Shown: positions 1 through 14,031 of the stretch, in pieces | Layout: the number at the start of each line of letters is the position of its first letter | Numbering within the stretch: position 1 is the first letter of the stretch | NCBI RefSeq assembly: GCF_006345805.1 | Contig: NC_043015.1 | Location: 39,990,001-40,054,000, forward strand | Reading direction: 5' to 3' | From: Octopus sinensis | Lineage: Eukaryota | DNA length: 64,000 nt | Translations under genes and position numbers: made by a program | The notes under the pieces: model-generated | Database searches by the model: none | Seen by the model: only the letters and a program-made list of their open reading frames with translations | What the model was told of the DNA's origin: nothing

Positions 1-539
1 GGAACATTCCACAAGATCTGATTCCATCATCTATGGACTTCTGAATATTCAAACAGCCCCAAGAATAAAACTGTTAATCTACCAATGTAGTGAGTTCCTT
101 ATTTTTTTTTTGTCTGAGACAGTTACATCTAACACACACATGGCCTTACATTCCTCAAGTTCCTTTATGTCGACCATTCTCACCTACTAACAACCAACAC
201 AAAAGAAAAAAAAATGGCGATAAATTGGAAGCAAAACAGCAGATCGAATAGTTGCCATAGCTACAGGAAATTGTTACCAAGAAACCACTCATGCTCAAAA
301 GATACTCCACTTCTTCAAGTACTGACCTCTCCTTACATGTAGGCCTTGTTCTGACCAAAGCTCAAAAATATAGGAGTGGATGTGGGGAGGTGGGGAGAGC
401 TTAAGGAGTTTGTTTCATCATCACATGGTTCCAGGTTCAGTCCTACCGCATGGCAGCATGGTCAAGTGTCTTCTACTACAACAGCTCTGGGCTAACCAAA
501 AGTCTTTTGAGTTAAAATGGTAGAGGAGAAACTAAAAGA

Positions 540-925
540 AAGCAGTTTGCATGGTAAGAAGTCTGCTTCCCAACCACATGGTTCTGGGTTCAGTTCCAAT
601 TCGTGGCACATTGGGCCAATGTCTTCCACGAGAGCCCTCAGGCTGACCAAAACCTTATGAGTGGATTTCATAGAGAGAAACTGAAAGAAGCCTATTGTAC
701 ATATATTTGTGTATGTGTGTGTGTGTGCGTTTGTCCCCACCACCATCGCTTGACAACCGATGTTGGTGTGTTTACATCCCCGTCACTTAGCGGTTCGGCA
801 AAAGAGACCGATACAATAAGTACTAGGCTTACAAAGAATAAGCCCTGGGGTCAATTTGCTCGACTAAATGCGGTGCTCCAGCATGGCCACAGTCAAATGA
901 GTGAAACAAGTAAAAGAGTAAAAGA
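540..925 (+). mobile_element. SINE family A copy (others at ~3160-3495 -, 4700-5112 -, 8293-8450 +, 22610-22912 -, 37140-37610 -, 58465-58720 +)
   Basis: Shared body and tail with the full-length copies. Confidence 0.8.
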
Positions 926-934
926 ATATATATA

Positions 935-983
<49 letters not shown>

Positions 984-3900
984 AAGCAAAATAGCGACAG
1001 GCTGGTAAGTTAATAATTTGACTGTGCAACCCCATGGTTTAGAGTTCAATCTTCATACACAGCATCTGAGTCATGTGTCTTCTTCTATAGCCTCAGGTTA
1101 ACCACCATGACTGAAAGTGAAGTGGGGAGGTGGGGGGGGGAGAAAATGAAGGGGAAGAGGGGTGGTGAAGGGGAGAGAGAGGGCTGTGGAAGGGACAGGT
1201 TATCAAGGTGGAGGTGAGGGTGACCTAGCAGACTTACTGTGCTGGTGGTGGTGGTGGTGGTGGTGGAATGGTTGGAGCAAAAGCATTGATAACAGTCTCA
1301 GAGTTTTAGGAATTGATAAAAGTTTAGTTTATCAGTGCAAACACACACACACACACACAAGCATGTTACTGTGTGTGTGTGTGTGAATATACAAATGTAT
1401 GCATTTATACGTACACAAAAATAAACATACACATGTATGTGTGTGTTTGACAAACAAGCAACTGTTGAAACTAAATTTCCTGCCAGCTTTAAATCTAAAA
1501 TGTTTTCAACTCTTACACTTGTATTGAGTCCGTTCCAGCTTTGTGATATACATATACACACACACCACACACATACATGTACACATACACACACCACAAA
1601 TACATGTATACATACACACACATGCATGCACACACACACACACGCATACATACCACATATACATACTCATGCATACACACACCACAAACATGTCTACATA
1701 CACACATGCATACACACTCCACACACACGCATACACACTCCACACACACGCATACATACACACCACACATACATACTCATGCATACAAACACACACACAC
1801 ACGCATACATACACACACACACAAGGCATGCATGCCAGTTCTTAAGATTAGTTTTTCGCAAAAGAGGACAGAATTGCCACAGGTCAGTAAACTTGCACTG
1901 GATCTCCGCCACCACCACCACCACTATCACTGCTAACAACAATAATAATAGCATTGCTTTCATTACCATAGCAACGGAAACTGCTAGAATTGCCACCACC
2001 ACCACCACCACCAACATTACTACTATTACTACTACCAAGCTTAAAGTGGAGTTGAGAGACAAACAGACATTTGCTCTCAGCTGGATGTGTTCAAGGTCAG
2101 CTGTGCTTACCTTTATTGTACGGGTATTGTATGTAGTGTATGTGGTGGTGAGGCAGTGTGGGTTGTAGTACGTGGTGGTCAGGTGGTCTATCACAAGTAA
2201 CAGTTAGGTGGAGCGTATGCACATATGTATGTATGTATGTATGTATATGCATGAAGACACATACATTTGTATGTATGTTTATATACACACATATATAAAT
2301 AGATATATGCATGGAGATACATATATTTGTGTTATATATTTATATACATGTGTGTATGTGTGTATATATATATATATAATATGAACAGTATTTCGTCTGT
2401 CGTTACGTTCTGAGTGCAAATTCCACCGAGGTCGACTTTGCCTTTCATTCTTTCGGGGTCGATAAATAAAGTACCAGTTTCGCAATGGGGGTCGATGTAA
2501 TCGACTTAATCCCTTTGTCCTTGTTTGTCCCCTCTATGTTTAGCCCCTTGTGGGCAATAAAGAAATATATATATATATATATGCGAGTGTGTGTAAGGCA
2601 TGTTTGCAGTGTAAGTAATGATACGAGAGTAGTTTTGTGCGTATAATGCTGCAGTATAGGTTATGGTAGTGGTGGTGTATATAGAAGTGATAGTTAAGTG
2701 GTGTGTATACAATGCACCTATATATATATACAGTATGCATCACGTGCTGGGAGTGGTGCATGATGTTGCAGTATAGGCTATGGTGGGGGCAACAGTGGTG
2801 ATGAAAATAACTTTATGAATAGTGACCGCTGCTGTTGTTTTAGCATGGAATTTTACTCATGATAGGATGGTGGACCCATGATCAAAAAAGACATTCCGGC
2901 CAGGACCATCCCATCCACCTTTTTTTTTCTTTCAGATACAATGTCTCAGACCATATTATTAAAAGTGTTGTCCCTTTTGTAATACCATAGGGTGTGATGT
3001 GAGAGAAATGTGGCTGCTATTTGTAGCAGTCATGTGACCATAAAGAAAGTTCCCTCATTGACTTGCGGTGAGTGCAGTTGCCTGTGTAATAGTGGTATAT
3101 ATGTTTGTGTGTGTGCATGCATACAGACATGAATGTGTGTGTGTGTGTGTGTGTATATCTTTTACTTCTTTCAGACAGACAGCAGCTATGCTGGAGCACC
3201 ACTTCAAACAATTTATTTTAGGTGAATGACTTGACCCTAGCACTTGCTTTTCTGTTAGGCCTGCTACTTATTCTATCAGTCCCTTTTGCTAAACTGCTAG
3301 GTTACAAGGACATAAACACAGACACACACATATAAGTGGGCTTCTCTCAGTTTCCATCTACCAAATCCACTCACAAGGCTTTTGCTTGGCACAAGACTAT
3401 AATAGAAGGCACTTGCTCAAGGTGCCATGCAGTGGGACTGAACCCAGAACCATGTGGTTGGGAAGCAAGCTGTTTACTATACAGTCATGCCTGCACATAT
3501 ATATATATATATATATATGCAATATGTGACTGTGTGTGTATCATTGGCGATTTTCTTTGTCTTCCCTTTTTGGGATTTTTTCTATATTTCTGATGAAGAG
3601 CTCCACTTGAAACATGAAATCCTCTTTTCTTTTCTTTCCTTTCCTGAGCATCCAATAACACAGCACTTGTACCACATCCTTGTGTTGTTGTTTTTTCTTG
3701 CTTGTTCTTGTTTGGATTGACTACACACCACACACACACACACACACACACGTTACAGTAGCTTTGGTAGCATTTATAGATTACATCATAGCATAAATCC
3801 ACCATCCTCAGATAAAAACCTAGAAGCCCCATTCTATAACTAATATGATGACTAAACCTGATTTATATAAACGTAGTTTGTTTTGGCTCTCATAAAGTTT

Positions 3901-6084
3901 CTTCGATGAATGACATTCCCTGAAGAGGCTTCATAACAACGAAAACAAACTGCCCTGTCGTAGTAAACAATAAAAGCGAGGCAGGGACTCCCAACATTTC
4001 CCCCATTAATGCGCTCCCTGCAGCTGCTTCACCACCACTAACATGTGGACCCAGTGCCCAATGTAGCCCTGTTTAGCCTCGGTCTGCTATCTCTTCTCTC
4101 TTCCTCCCCCCTCTGTCTCCCTTACCATCACTGTATCTCTCATCACATTCGCTCTCCATCTCTCCCATAACACCCTCTCACTCCAATCAGAGTTTCTGTC
4201 ATCATACTCTCCCCACCCCATCCACCCCCATCCACTTCATCACGTTTGCGTTACTATCTTAAATGAAATCACTGTACAGAAGCAGTAACTCCCTAATTTA
4301 CTGATTCCCAGGCCACCCCCACAGTGCTGGCTACCATGGTAAAATGTACCTAGCAAAGACTCTGTGAAGCGGTTGAGCTTAGGAAAGGCATCTAGTCATA
4401 GAGACCAAGCCAATGATGGAACATTGCAAGCTGGGATGAGACGTGGCCCGGAGATCCATCTGGGAGTGAGGAGGGGGGGGCAATGACCTTGAATAAAAAA
4501 CTGGCTCAGATTGTGGCAACTCACTTGTCTCTGTACCAGCAGAGGAAACCTACACGATGATGATGATGATGATAATTATAAATTGTATTTTCCTCTGTAA
4601 ATAAACAAGCATCAAGTTCTGAATTTCCGATTTCCTCATCATGTGATTTAGGCACTTGTGTGTATGAGTAAGAGTGTGTGTGTGTATGAGTGTGTGTATT
4701 CTTTTATTCTTTTACTTGTTTCAGTCATTTGACTGTGGCCATGCTGGAGCAAAACCGTTAGTCAAACAAATCACCCCCAGGACCTATTCTTTGTAACCCT
4801 AGTATTTATGCTATCACTCTCTTTTGCCGAACTGCTAAGTTACGGGGACGTAAACACACCCCAACATCGGCTGTCAAGCGATGGCAGGAAGACAAACCCC
4901 GCATGCACACACACACACAAATACACACATATATATATACACACACACACAACAGGATTCTTTCATTTTCTGTCTACCAAATCTACGCACAAGGCTTTGG
5001 TCGGCCCAAGGCTATAGTAGAAGACACTTGCTCAAGGTGTCATGAAGTGGGACTGAACCCGGAACCATGTGATTGGGAAGCAAGCTCCTTACTCCACCGC
5101 CATGCCTGCGCCTGTGTGGTGTGTGTATATAATAGATATCAAGTGGATAGACGAGTAAATGGCATTAAAATGAAATAATGAAATTAGAATCCTGACAGCC
5201 CCTTAAACGGAAGAACCAGATATATGATGAAACATTATAAAAAGAGATGACTCACACACACACACAATGAGTAAGTAAAAAGTAAAGTGAGAGAGAGATT
5301 GAAGTGATGAACATTGGTGATAGCAAAAGGGTTGAGGTGTCGGAAATGTCTGCATTGAAACTGGGTTTGATGTCTCGTCCAATGGTTAACCCTTTAACAA
5401 TACTTATAGTTTGCCATGATTAATGGCTGCGTTAATGTATTTATATTAAAAAAATATGAGAATAAGACAAAAAAAAAAAAAAGGACAAAGAATCGTTATG
5501 TGATTTGTCGGAGGGTTGGGGTTTGGGTGCTAACAATATGTTGAGGGGTGGAATATGACTGGTTTGGAACAAATAGCTTTGACTTTATGGCAGCTGGGTT
5601 TTTTTTTGGTCAATTGGAACACACACACACAAAAAAAACGTTAGAATGTAAAGAATAAAGTTTTGAATAAAAAAAAACATTCTCAATGTATTCGACTGAA
5701 TTTTTATTTGATCAAATGCAAACACCCCCACCCGGACCAATTGTAATCTGGCGGCAGAACAATGGTCACGCATCTCTCTCTCTTTCTCTCTCATTTTTCA
5801 TTTTGTCTTTGCCCCTCACCACCACTACCAACACCACCCCTCTCCCCTCTCGTAAAATCTGTTTCGTTCTGGTGGCTGCAGCCACCTCCATTTTCACGCA
5901 TGACTGGGTTTTATAATATGCAATATGCAGCAATAAATACATACACATTCTATATATAAAGGCATATGCACTATACACACACACACACACACACATTCAA
6001 AAGGGCTTAGTCATTTAGAACACATACACACAATGCAGAAATGCCACCATGTCGGCAACAGTACTTTACACACACATTTGAGTA

Positions 6085-6142
<58 letters not shown>

Positions 6143-7153
6143 TGTATGTATGCATTTATTGATATGCAAATCCATGCGTCCATGTCTGTGTCCCCCCCCC
6201 TCCATCCACCCCTGCCGACGCTTGTCTGTCAGCTGCTGGAAAAAGACGGTCTCTTGGTTCTCACCATCATTACTCACACCGCACAACAGATGCGTGTGTG
6301 TGTGTGTGTGTGTGTGATGGTGGAGGAGACGCAAGATGCTATGACTGATGCGTGTGTTATGCAACAGGGAAAATGGTGCTATGACTAATGCGTCTGCATC
6401 TGCGTATGGTGTGTGTGTGTGTGTGTAACAGGTAAGATGTATTGTTTAATATGTGTGTGTGTGTAATGTGTAAAACAGAGAGTCTAACCATGACAACACT
6501 GCTGTAAAAGACCAAGGCTAGCACCACCCTCAACAGCAAATTATGAAAACATTTAGCTCAATCTAACACATTATTTCTTGTTATTCCGTTAGCAGTTCGA
6601 CTTGTGTGCACTTACTCGCAGATTTTCTGTATTTATGTGTGTTTACATCTGCACAGCATTAAATGGACACGATATAAGAGTTATGAAGAGTTTTCTGCTT
6701 GGAGATGTGGGTCTAGGCAGGTTTTTAACAGCATACCTTGTGTCACCAAGCAATCTTCATGTTATAAAAAACCTACCTAGACACGTGTCTTCACAGCAAG
6801 AAACTAATGACAATTTGTATTCTTCAAACTGTCTACATTCAATGATATTTATCTCTCACTGGGTAGAGTACCTCTTTGTTGATCTTACCTTAACAGAACA
6901 GTAAGCTAAATATATGTGTGTTTGTACCGCACATATATATCATCATTATCATCTACCGTCCGTTTTCCATGCTGGCATGGGTTAGACAGTTTGACTGGAA
7001 CTGGCAGGCCAGAGCGCAACACAGGATCCAGTCTGAGTTTGGCATGCTTTCTATGGTTGGATACCCTTCCTAACACCACCACTCCCAAGAGGTGTAGAGG
7101 GTGCCTTGTGCATGTCACGGCATGTTTGCTTTTACATACATACACACACACAC

Positions 7154-7193
<40 letters not shown>

Positions 7194-7195
7194 TA

Positions 7196-7325
7196 GTGAA
7201 TGGAAGAAATGGAGTTGAACGAAGATGTGTACAGAATTCCTTTTATTACATTCTACACATGTTTCAAAGGCCACAATTTTCCAAATTCTGTACAATCTTC
7301 GTTCAACTCCATTTCTTCCATTCAC
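7196..7325. repeat. Inverted repeat with ~42-bp arms (7196-7238 / 7284-7325)
   Basis: gtgaatggaagaaatggagttgaacgaagat(g)tgtacagaatt and its reverse complement; the spacer holds GAAACATGT on the - strand. Confidence 0.8.
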
Positions 7326-7484
7326 AATTATTTAAACTTCAATTATCCGCACCAACGCACGGTTGCAGCACCAAATGGTCTTATCTCCAACCGTGTTTTT
7401 TTCTGCTGTGATTTTTGCTACCCAGGTATCGGTTAAACTTTTGAATAATCCGTAACAAGATAATTCATCTTTCCATTTCAACAA

Positions 7485-7517
<33 letters not shown>

Positions 7518-7673
7518 TACATACACAATGGCAGCATGGAAGGTGTTTATAAGCCATTTAAAAACACACAAAACCATTAGATTCACTTCAACAATTTAAT
7601 TTAATTTGTGTCAGAATATTTTTGTTGCTTTGAAACCAACAACCTGTTCACTGACAAAATTCCATGCTGCATA

Positions 7674-7708
<35 letters not shown>

Positions 7709-7755
7709 AGAGAAAGAGAGAGAGAGAGACCAAAGTGTACATAGGCCTATGTGTT

Positions 7756-8195
7756 TTATATATAAAAAATAGAAAATGGAACAAAAATGCAAAATATCCA
7801 GACAGTTAGGTGATGCAAAACAGGGGAAAACAAAACATCCAGATAGATGATACAAAGACAAGGATGGGTCATTTGGATTTTTCTTTCCTCAATCGAGTTC
7901 CAGATTATCATTGCAATTTTCGGCTGGTATATTCTAGATTGCTCCAATCCGGCCAGCCCCAAGGAAAAACTAAGCTAAGAGCATTAGATTCCTTGGAAGA
8001 AAGCAGTGAATGTATACAAAAACAAGGATGGAAAAAAACGGAGAATGTTACACAACTACAAATAACAGGTTGCAAAGATCATCTGGAACTCGACTGAGGA
8101 AAGAAAACTCCGAACGAGCCGTCCTTGTTTTCTTTGTATCGTCTATCTGGATGTTTTGCGTTCTTGTCCCATTTTGTACTTTTTATGTATATAAT
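7756..8195. mobile_element. Element with diverged inverted termini and a decayed hammerhead-like motif (~8093-8125); possible Penelope-like relic
   Basis: aaaacatccagatagatgatacaaag near 7832 vs ctttgtatcgtctatctggatgtttt near 8132; ctgagga..cgaacgagccgtc. Confidence 0.4.
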
Positions 8196-9486
8196 ATATA
8201 TATTTACAAATGTATACATTTGCATATACATATTAACCAATCTTCATGTTTTTTCCACATTTTTTCCTGTTTTCTTACTGTCCAGTGTCCTGGCCATGTG
8301 GTAAGTAGCTTGCTTACCAACCACATGGTTCCGGGTTCAGACCCTCTGTGTGACACCTTGAGCAAGTGTCTTCTACTATAGCCTTGGGCTGACCAAAACC
8401 TTGTGAGTGGATTTGGTAGACGGAAATTGAAAGAAGCCCATCGTATATATGTGTGTGTGTGTGTATATATACATATATATATCATCATCATCATTTAGCG
8501 TCCGTTTTCCATGCTAGCATGGGTTGGACGGTTCAACTGGGGTCTGTGAAGCCAGAAGGCTGCATCAGGCCCCAGTCTGATCTGGCAATGTTTCTACGGC
8601 TGGATGCCCTTCCTAACGCCAACCACTCTATATATACATGTATATATATAAAATGGGCTTTTTTTCCAGTCCTTATCTAGTCCAGTGCAATAGTAGAAGA
8701 CACCCATGTACGGTGCTGAGGATGGAACTGAAACCCAGACCACTTGGTTTGGAAAGTAACTTCATAATCGTACATCCATGCTTACACACACACACACACA
8801 CACACGTTCTTATACATATATTGATAAAGGTATTATACATACATATATCATATATGCACGCATTGAACTGTCTGTCACTACCCATGTGTGTGTCTACACA
8901 CCACCACACATATATATATATATACACACACACCAAGAGACAATATATACACACATACTTATACACCAATATAATTTGTTGTTAGCTTTATTAGTAACAG
9001 TTTTTTACATTTCACACATAATTAAGTTCGTTAAAAAAACAAACAGTAATATCTTCGTCATCGTAGTAGTGGCGGTGGTAGCAGCAGCAGCAGTAGTAGT
9101 AGTGCTAGTAGTAGTAGTAGTAGTAGTAAACAATAGTAATTAAATATAGCAAGATTGCACAGAGATAAGAGCGTGAGTGGAGGTTGGAGAGATGAGTGTG
9201 AGAGGTGAGTGGAGGTTTGAGAGAGGGTTTGTGCTAAGCAAACAGTAATTTATGGTGATTGAGTATTCCATGGTTTGTTTATCAAATCTAATTAATGGTG
9301 AACGCTGATTGATTAATGTCTGAGTTGCAACGAAGAGATGTCATAACTCTCTCCGTCTCGATCAAACTGACATAATAAAGCAGAGACGAAGCTAAGAGAA
9401 TGTTTCCAAAATTGTCTGGAATCATGCTACGATGGGGTCACAGGTGATTAATTTACACCATGGGGTTAGAGAATGGCCACCTCTTT

Positions 9487-9895
9487 CTCTAATTCTACAA
9501 TCATAGAAGGATTAAAATGAAACAAGGAACAAGTTCAGATGACCTGTTCTTGGCCGCCAAGTAGTAAAAGACTTCTCTGTTTTGTTATTCTAGAAGAAAA
9601 GTTGGTGACAAACATTTGCAGGTCTAGTCTAACCCGTTTCAATAAAAATTCAGCTGAGCCCACTTGTAAAGAAAACCCAACTCATTCTCTAATTCTAATT
9701 CTGTAATCAGAGAGATTACAATAAAACAAAGAACAAGTTCTGAAATTAATGGTCACGAAGAAACACAGATGACCTGTCCTCAGCTGCCAAGCAATAAAAA
9801 GCTTCTCCATCTTTGTTATTCTAGAAGAAAAGTTGGTAACAAATCGTTGCAATTCTTTAGCTTTAACTGTTTCAATAACAATCCAGCTGAGACCA
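9487..9895. repeat. Diverged tandem duplication (~9487-9660 and ~9688-9895)
   Basis: Shared blocks cagatgacctgt, ttgttattctagaagaaaagttggt and tttcaataa..cagctgag. Confidence 0.8.
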
Positions 9896-10508
9896 ATTTC
9901 TGATTTAAAATCTTTAAATGGAAGCTAAAACATTTCATAATTCTATATAAGAACCATTTGTTATAAAGGAATCCTTAACACTACAAAAGCATCAGTTCCT
10001 AAAAAGTTTGCCATAATATGGAATTCCGGAACCAAAAACATATTTTACAAATGATTTCTTCATTCGGAAGTCCAAGATAAATGGAGTTTTTTTTGTTATG
10101 GAATTCCGTATTATGGTAAGATTTTTCAGAGACACAATGCTACCATAAATGAAAGATGGTTGTATTGTCTTCTCAATACAATCTTAATAAATACAAAGTT
10201 TCTATATTAAATCCTACCAAATTCTTGAAAATGAAGAGATTAAGTACTGACCCCTCCTACTTGGACATTGTACACTCCTGGGTGGCACAAACTAGATAAA
10301 GAAGTATAAAATATAAACTGAGTCCCTGTTGGGTGGGTTCCCAAAATGGAAGTGTTTGGGGTGGGTGTCGAATTTTGAACATTTCAAAATGATGCCTAAC
10401 ATGAGATAATGAAAGTCGTAGATCAAAGTAATTAGTCATAACGAGCTCAGTCATGGAACGAATTAAACTCATACTGCAAGATATCATTGTGTGTATGTAT
10501 ATATATAT

Positions 10509-10551
<43 letters not shown>

Positions 10552-11322
10552 TTAGTTGTTAAATAACTGCCTAAGAGATTAAATATCCAAAGAACTTCCT
10601 GGGTTTTTTACCTACATAATAAACAATGCTATGAACTATCGCTCTTAACAAATAGGTAAATGAATAAATGGAATAAGGATACGGTTTATCAATATATATT
10701 TATATATGTATATATCTATGTGTGTGTGTCTTTGTCTTACCCCGCCCTTCACCGCTTGACAACTGATGATGGAGTGTTTACGTTCCCATAACTTAGTGGT
10801 TTGGCAAAAGAGACCAACAGAGTAAGTACTAGGCTCTGATAGACTGAGGCACTCTTGAAAGTGGTGCTCCAGTATGGCCACAGTCAATTGACTGAAAAGA
10901 ATAAAAGAATGATAATAGCTCTTTCTACTCTAGGCAGAAGGCCTGAAATTTTGGCAGGGAGGTAGGATTGGTTGGTTACACCAGCCCCAGTGCATGACTG
11001 GTACTTATTGACCCCGAGAAGATGAAAGGTAAAGTTGACCTAGAATTTGAATTTAGAACATAAAAACAAATGAAATGCCACAAAGAATTTCGTCCAGCAG
11101 GCTAACAGTTCTGCCAGTTAACTGCCTTTGTGATAACAACAGTAATATGATGAGGGAGGGGCCTTTTATAAGGTCAACTGAATCTGCTAGAAATAGCAGC
11201 CAGATCTCCATCAATTTATACTGGCTAGAAGAAAAAGGAAGAATTCATTGGATAATGAAATCCTGGCTATGCTTCAATGAGATAGTCATGGCTGGAGCAT
11301 TTTTTGGTCATAAGATTGCATA

Positions 11323-11745
11323 AAGGCGGCGAGCTGGCAGAAACGTTAGCATGCTGGGCGAAATGCTTAGCGGTATTTCGTCTGCAGCTACGTTCTGAGA
11401 TCAAATTCTGCTGAGGTTGACTTTGCCTTTCATCCTTTCGGGGTCGATTAAATAAGTACCAGTTACGCACTGGAGTCGATATAATCGACTTAATCCCTTT
11501 GTCTGTCCTTGCTTGTCCTCTCTGTATTTAGCCCCTTGTGGATAGTAAAGTAATAGGTATTTTGTCTGCCGCTACATACTGAGTTCAAATTCTGCTGAGG
11601 TTGACTTTGCCTTTCATCCTTTCGGGGTCGATTAAATAAGTACCAGTTACGCACTGGGGTCAATATAATCGACTTAATCCCTTTGTCTGTCCTTGTTTGT
11701 CCCCTCTATGTTTAGCCCCTTGTGGGTAGTAAAAAAATAAGAAAT
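11323..11745 (+). mobile_element. SINE family B, tandem dimer
   Basis: Head ggcggcgagctggcagaa..gagttcaaattc, core gactttgcctttcatcctttcggggtcgat; period ~184 bp. Confidence 0.85.
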
Positions 11746-12269
11746 AAGATTGCATGTTCAAGGATGAAGCAGAGTCAAGCAATAGTAATTTGATGATGAA
11801 GATGGTGATGAAGACTACTATGCAGGCCTGCCATGACTGAGCCAACTTCTAAGTAAAAAGAATTCCGTCTGTAGCCATGCAATGTAATATGTCCTTCTTT
11901 ATTTTTCAGACACTGGGGTAATTTTGCTGCTATTTCTAACAGGTCAAAAGACAGCATAACAGAAGAGGAGAGACAATCAAAATGACCACCACCACCAAAA
12001 CCGTCCCAGGATATTACTGGTTACTGCCTTCAGTGACATGAAAAGACTGAGATGTTAAAGATAAGTAAATGACTGAGGCTGGGATTGAACCCATGACGAT
12101 GACTGTTGAAACGAAGTGAGAGAGTGGACAAAATATGCAGAGTCTGTTTAATTAAACCCATCTCCCAATTTCTCGGCAAATAAAGTAATTTCTTAATTAC
12201 ATACTCCGACTCCTGCTTTAATTGGGGCAACAGAAATTGTAATTTCACATTCCTAATTGCGTAAATGTG

Positions 12270-12820
12270 TGTGTGTGTGTGTGTGTGTGAATATGTAAGT
12301 GTGTGTGTATGTGTGTGAATATGTAAGTGTGTGTGTATGTGTGTGAATGTGTATGTGTGTGAATATGTAAGTGTGTGTCTATGTGTGTGAATATGTAAGT
12401 GTGTGTGTGTGTGTGTGTGTGAATATGTAAGTGTGTGTATGTGTGTGAATATGTAAGTGTGTGTGTATGTGTGTGAATATGTGTGTGTATGTGTGTGTGT
12501 ATGTGTGTGAATATGTAAGTGTGTGTGTATGTGTGTGAATATGTAAGTGTGTGTGTATGTGTGTGAATATGTAAGTGTGTGTGTATGTGTGTGAATATGT
12601 AAGTGTGTGTGTATGTGTGTGAATATGTAAGTGTGTGTGTATGTGTGTGAATGTGTGTGTGTATGTGTGTGAATGTGTGTGTGTATGTGTGTGAATATGT
12701 AAGTGTGTGTGTATGTGTGTGAATATGTAAGTGTGTGTGTATGTGTGTGAATATGTAAGTGTGTGTGTATGTGTGTGAATATGTAAGTGTGTGTGTATGT
12801 GTGTAAATATGTAAGTCTGT
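12270..12820. repeat. 28-bp minisatellite (gaatatgtaagtgtgtgtgtatgtgtgt)n
   Basis: Period 28 (for example 12565 and 12593). Confidence 0.9.
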
Positions 12821-13992
12821 ATGTATGTGTGTGTGTGTGTGTGTGTATGCTGACACACATAAATGTACCTAAATACATACACACCCACATTTATATACAC
12901 TTATTATATAAGCTGTATGCCTCCCTATACACACACACACACACCACACACATTATCTGTGCGTGTGTGTGTGTATTTATTCAACCATATTTACGTACAC
13001 TATTACAGAATCTGAACGTCTGCCTACACACAAACATCAAATCCCACTCTCTCTCTCTCTCTCTCTAAATGTGTGTCTGTCTGTGTGTCTGTGTGTGCAA
13101 GCGCGAATGTTTCAAAGGTTAGTTGTGAACTAGAAAGCCACTCTCAAAGGATTCCAAATGGGTTTAGACAAGAATATAATTATTATATGCTAAATTAAAA
13201 TAAAGATGATTCTTCACAGACGGCCACATGTTTCCCTCTTAACAAGCTCATCAGAGAAATGTAATATTTGGTTCAATTGATGGATTGTAGAGTTAGAAAT
13301 GATGTAGGCGGTGGGGGGGGGATCTATTCACATTAAACTAAAGGGGACAGGGAGATATTTATCAGGGGAATTAAGATGAGTTAGCGGAAGGACCAAGTAC
13401 AACTCAAGTGGTATGAGATCTGAACAGAGAGAAAGAATTTAGCTGCATAGGGAACAAAAGAGGAATGAAGGGGATAAAGGAATTAAGGGAGTAACATGAT
13501 ATGTGTGTATGGGGGGGGGGGAATACATAGTAATTTATTTCTCAATAAAAAAGCAGAAGAACATTTATTTTGCTTGTAAAAAATATGGAAAGGAAAATAC
13601 ATAAAATCATTTAAAATTATTGTTCTGTTTGTTTTACATTAGTTTTTTCCATGTTAGCATGAGTTAGGTGAATACATATTACAGCTGGGTGCCCTTCCTG
13701 TCACTAACCCTTGATTTTCAATTAAAGGGGCTTTTCATTCCACTCGTCTTTGAAAGGAAAGACCTTGCAAAATAATTTCTTGTTATTGGGGGAGGGGTTA
13801 CCAATAAACAAAACTGTTTGTAGCTCAGTGATTCTATTGATTTGCCATTAGACCGGCCATACTGGAGCACTGCCTTGAAGAATTTTGGTTGAACGAGTGG
13901 ACCCCAGGACTTATTTTGTTTTTATTTTAGCCTAGGACATAAACAAACCAACACCAGTTGTCAAGTGGCGGTGGGGGACACAGAACACACAC

Positions 13993-14031
<39 letters not shown>

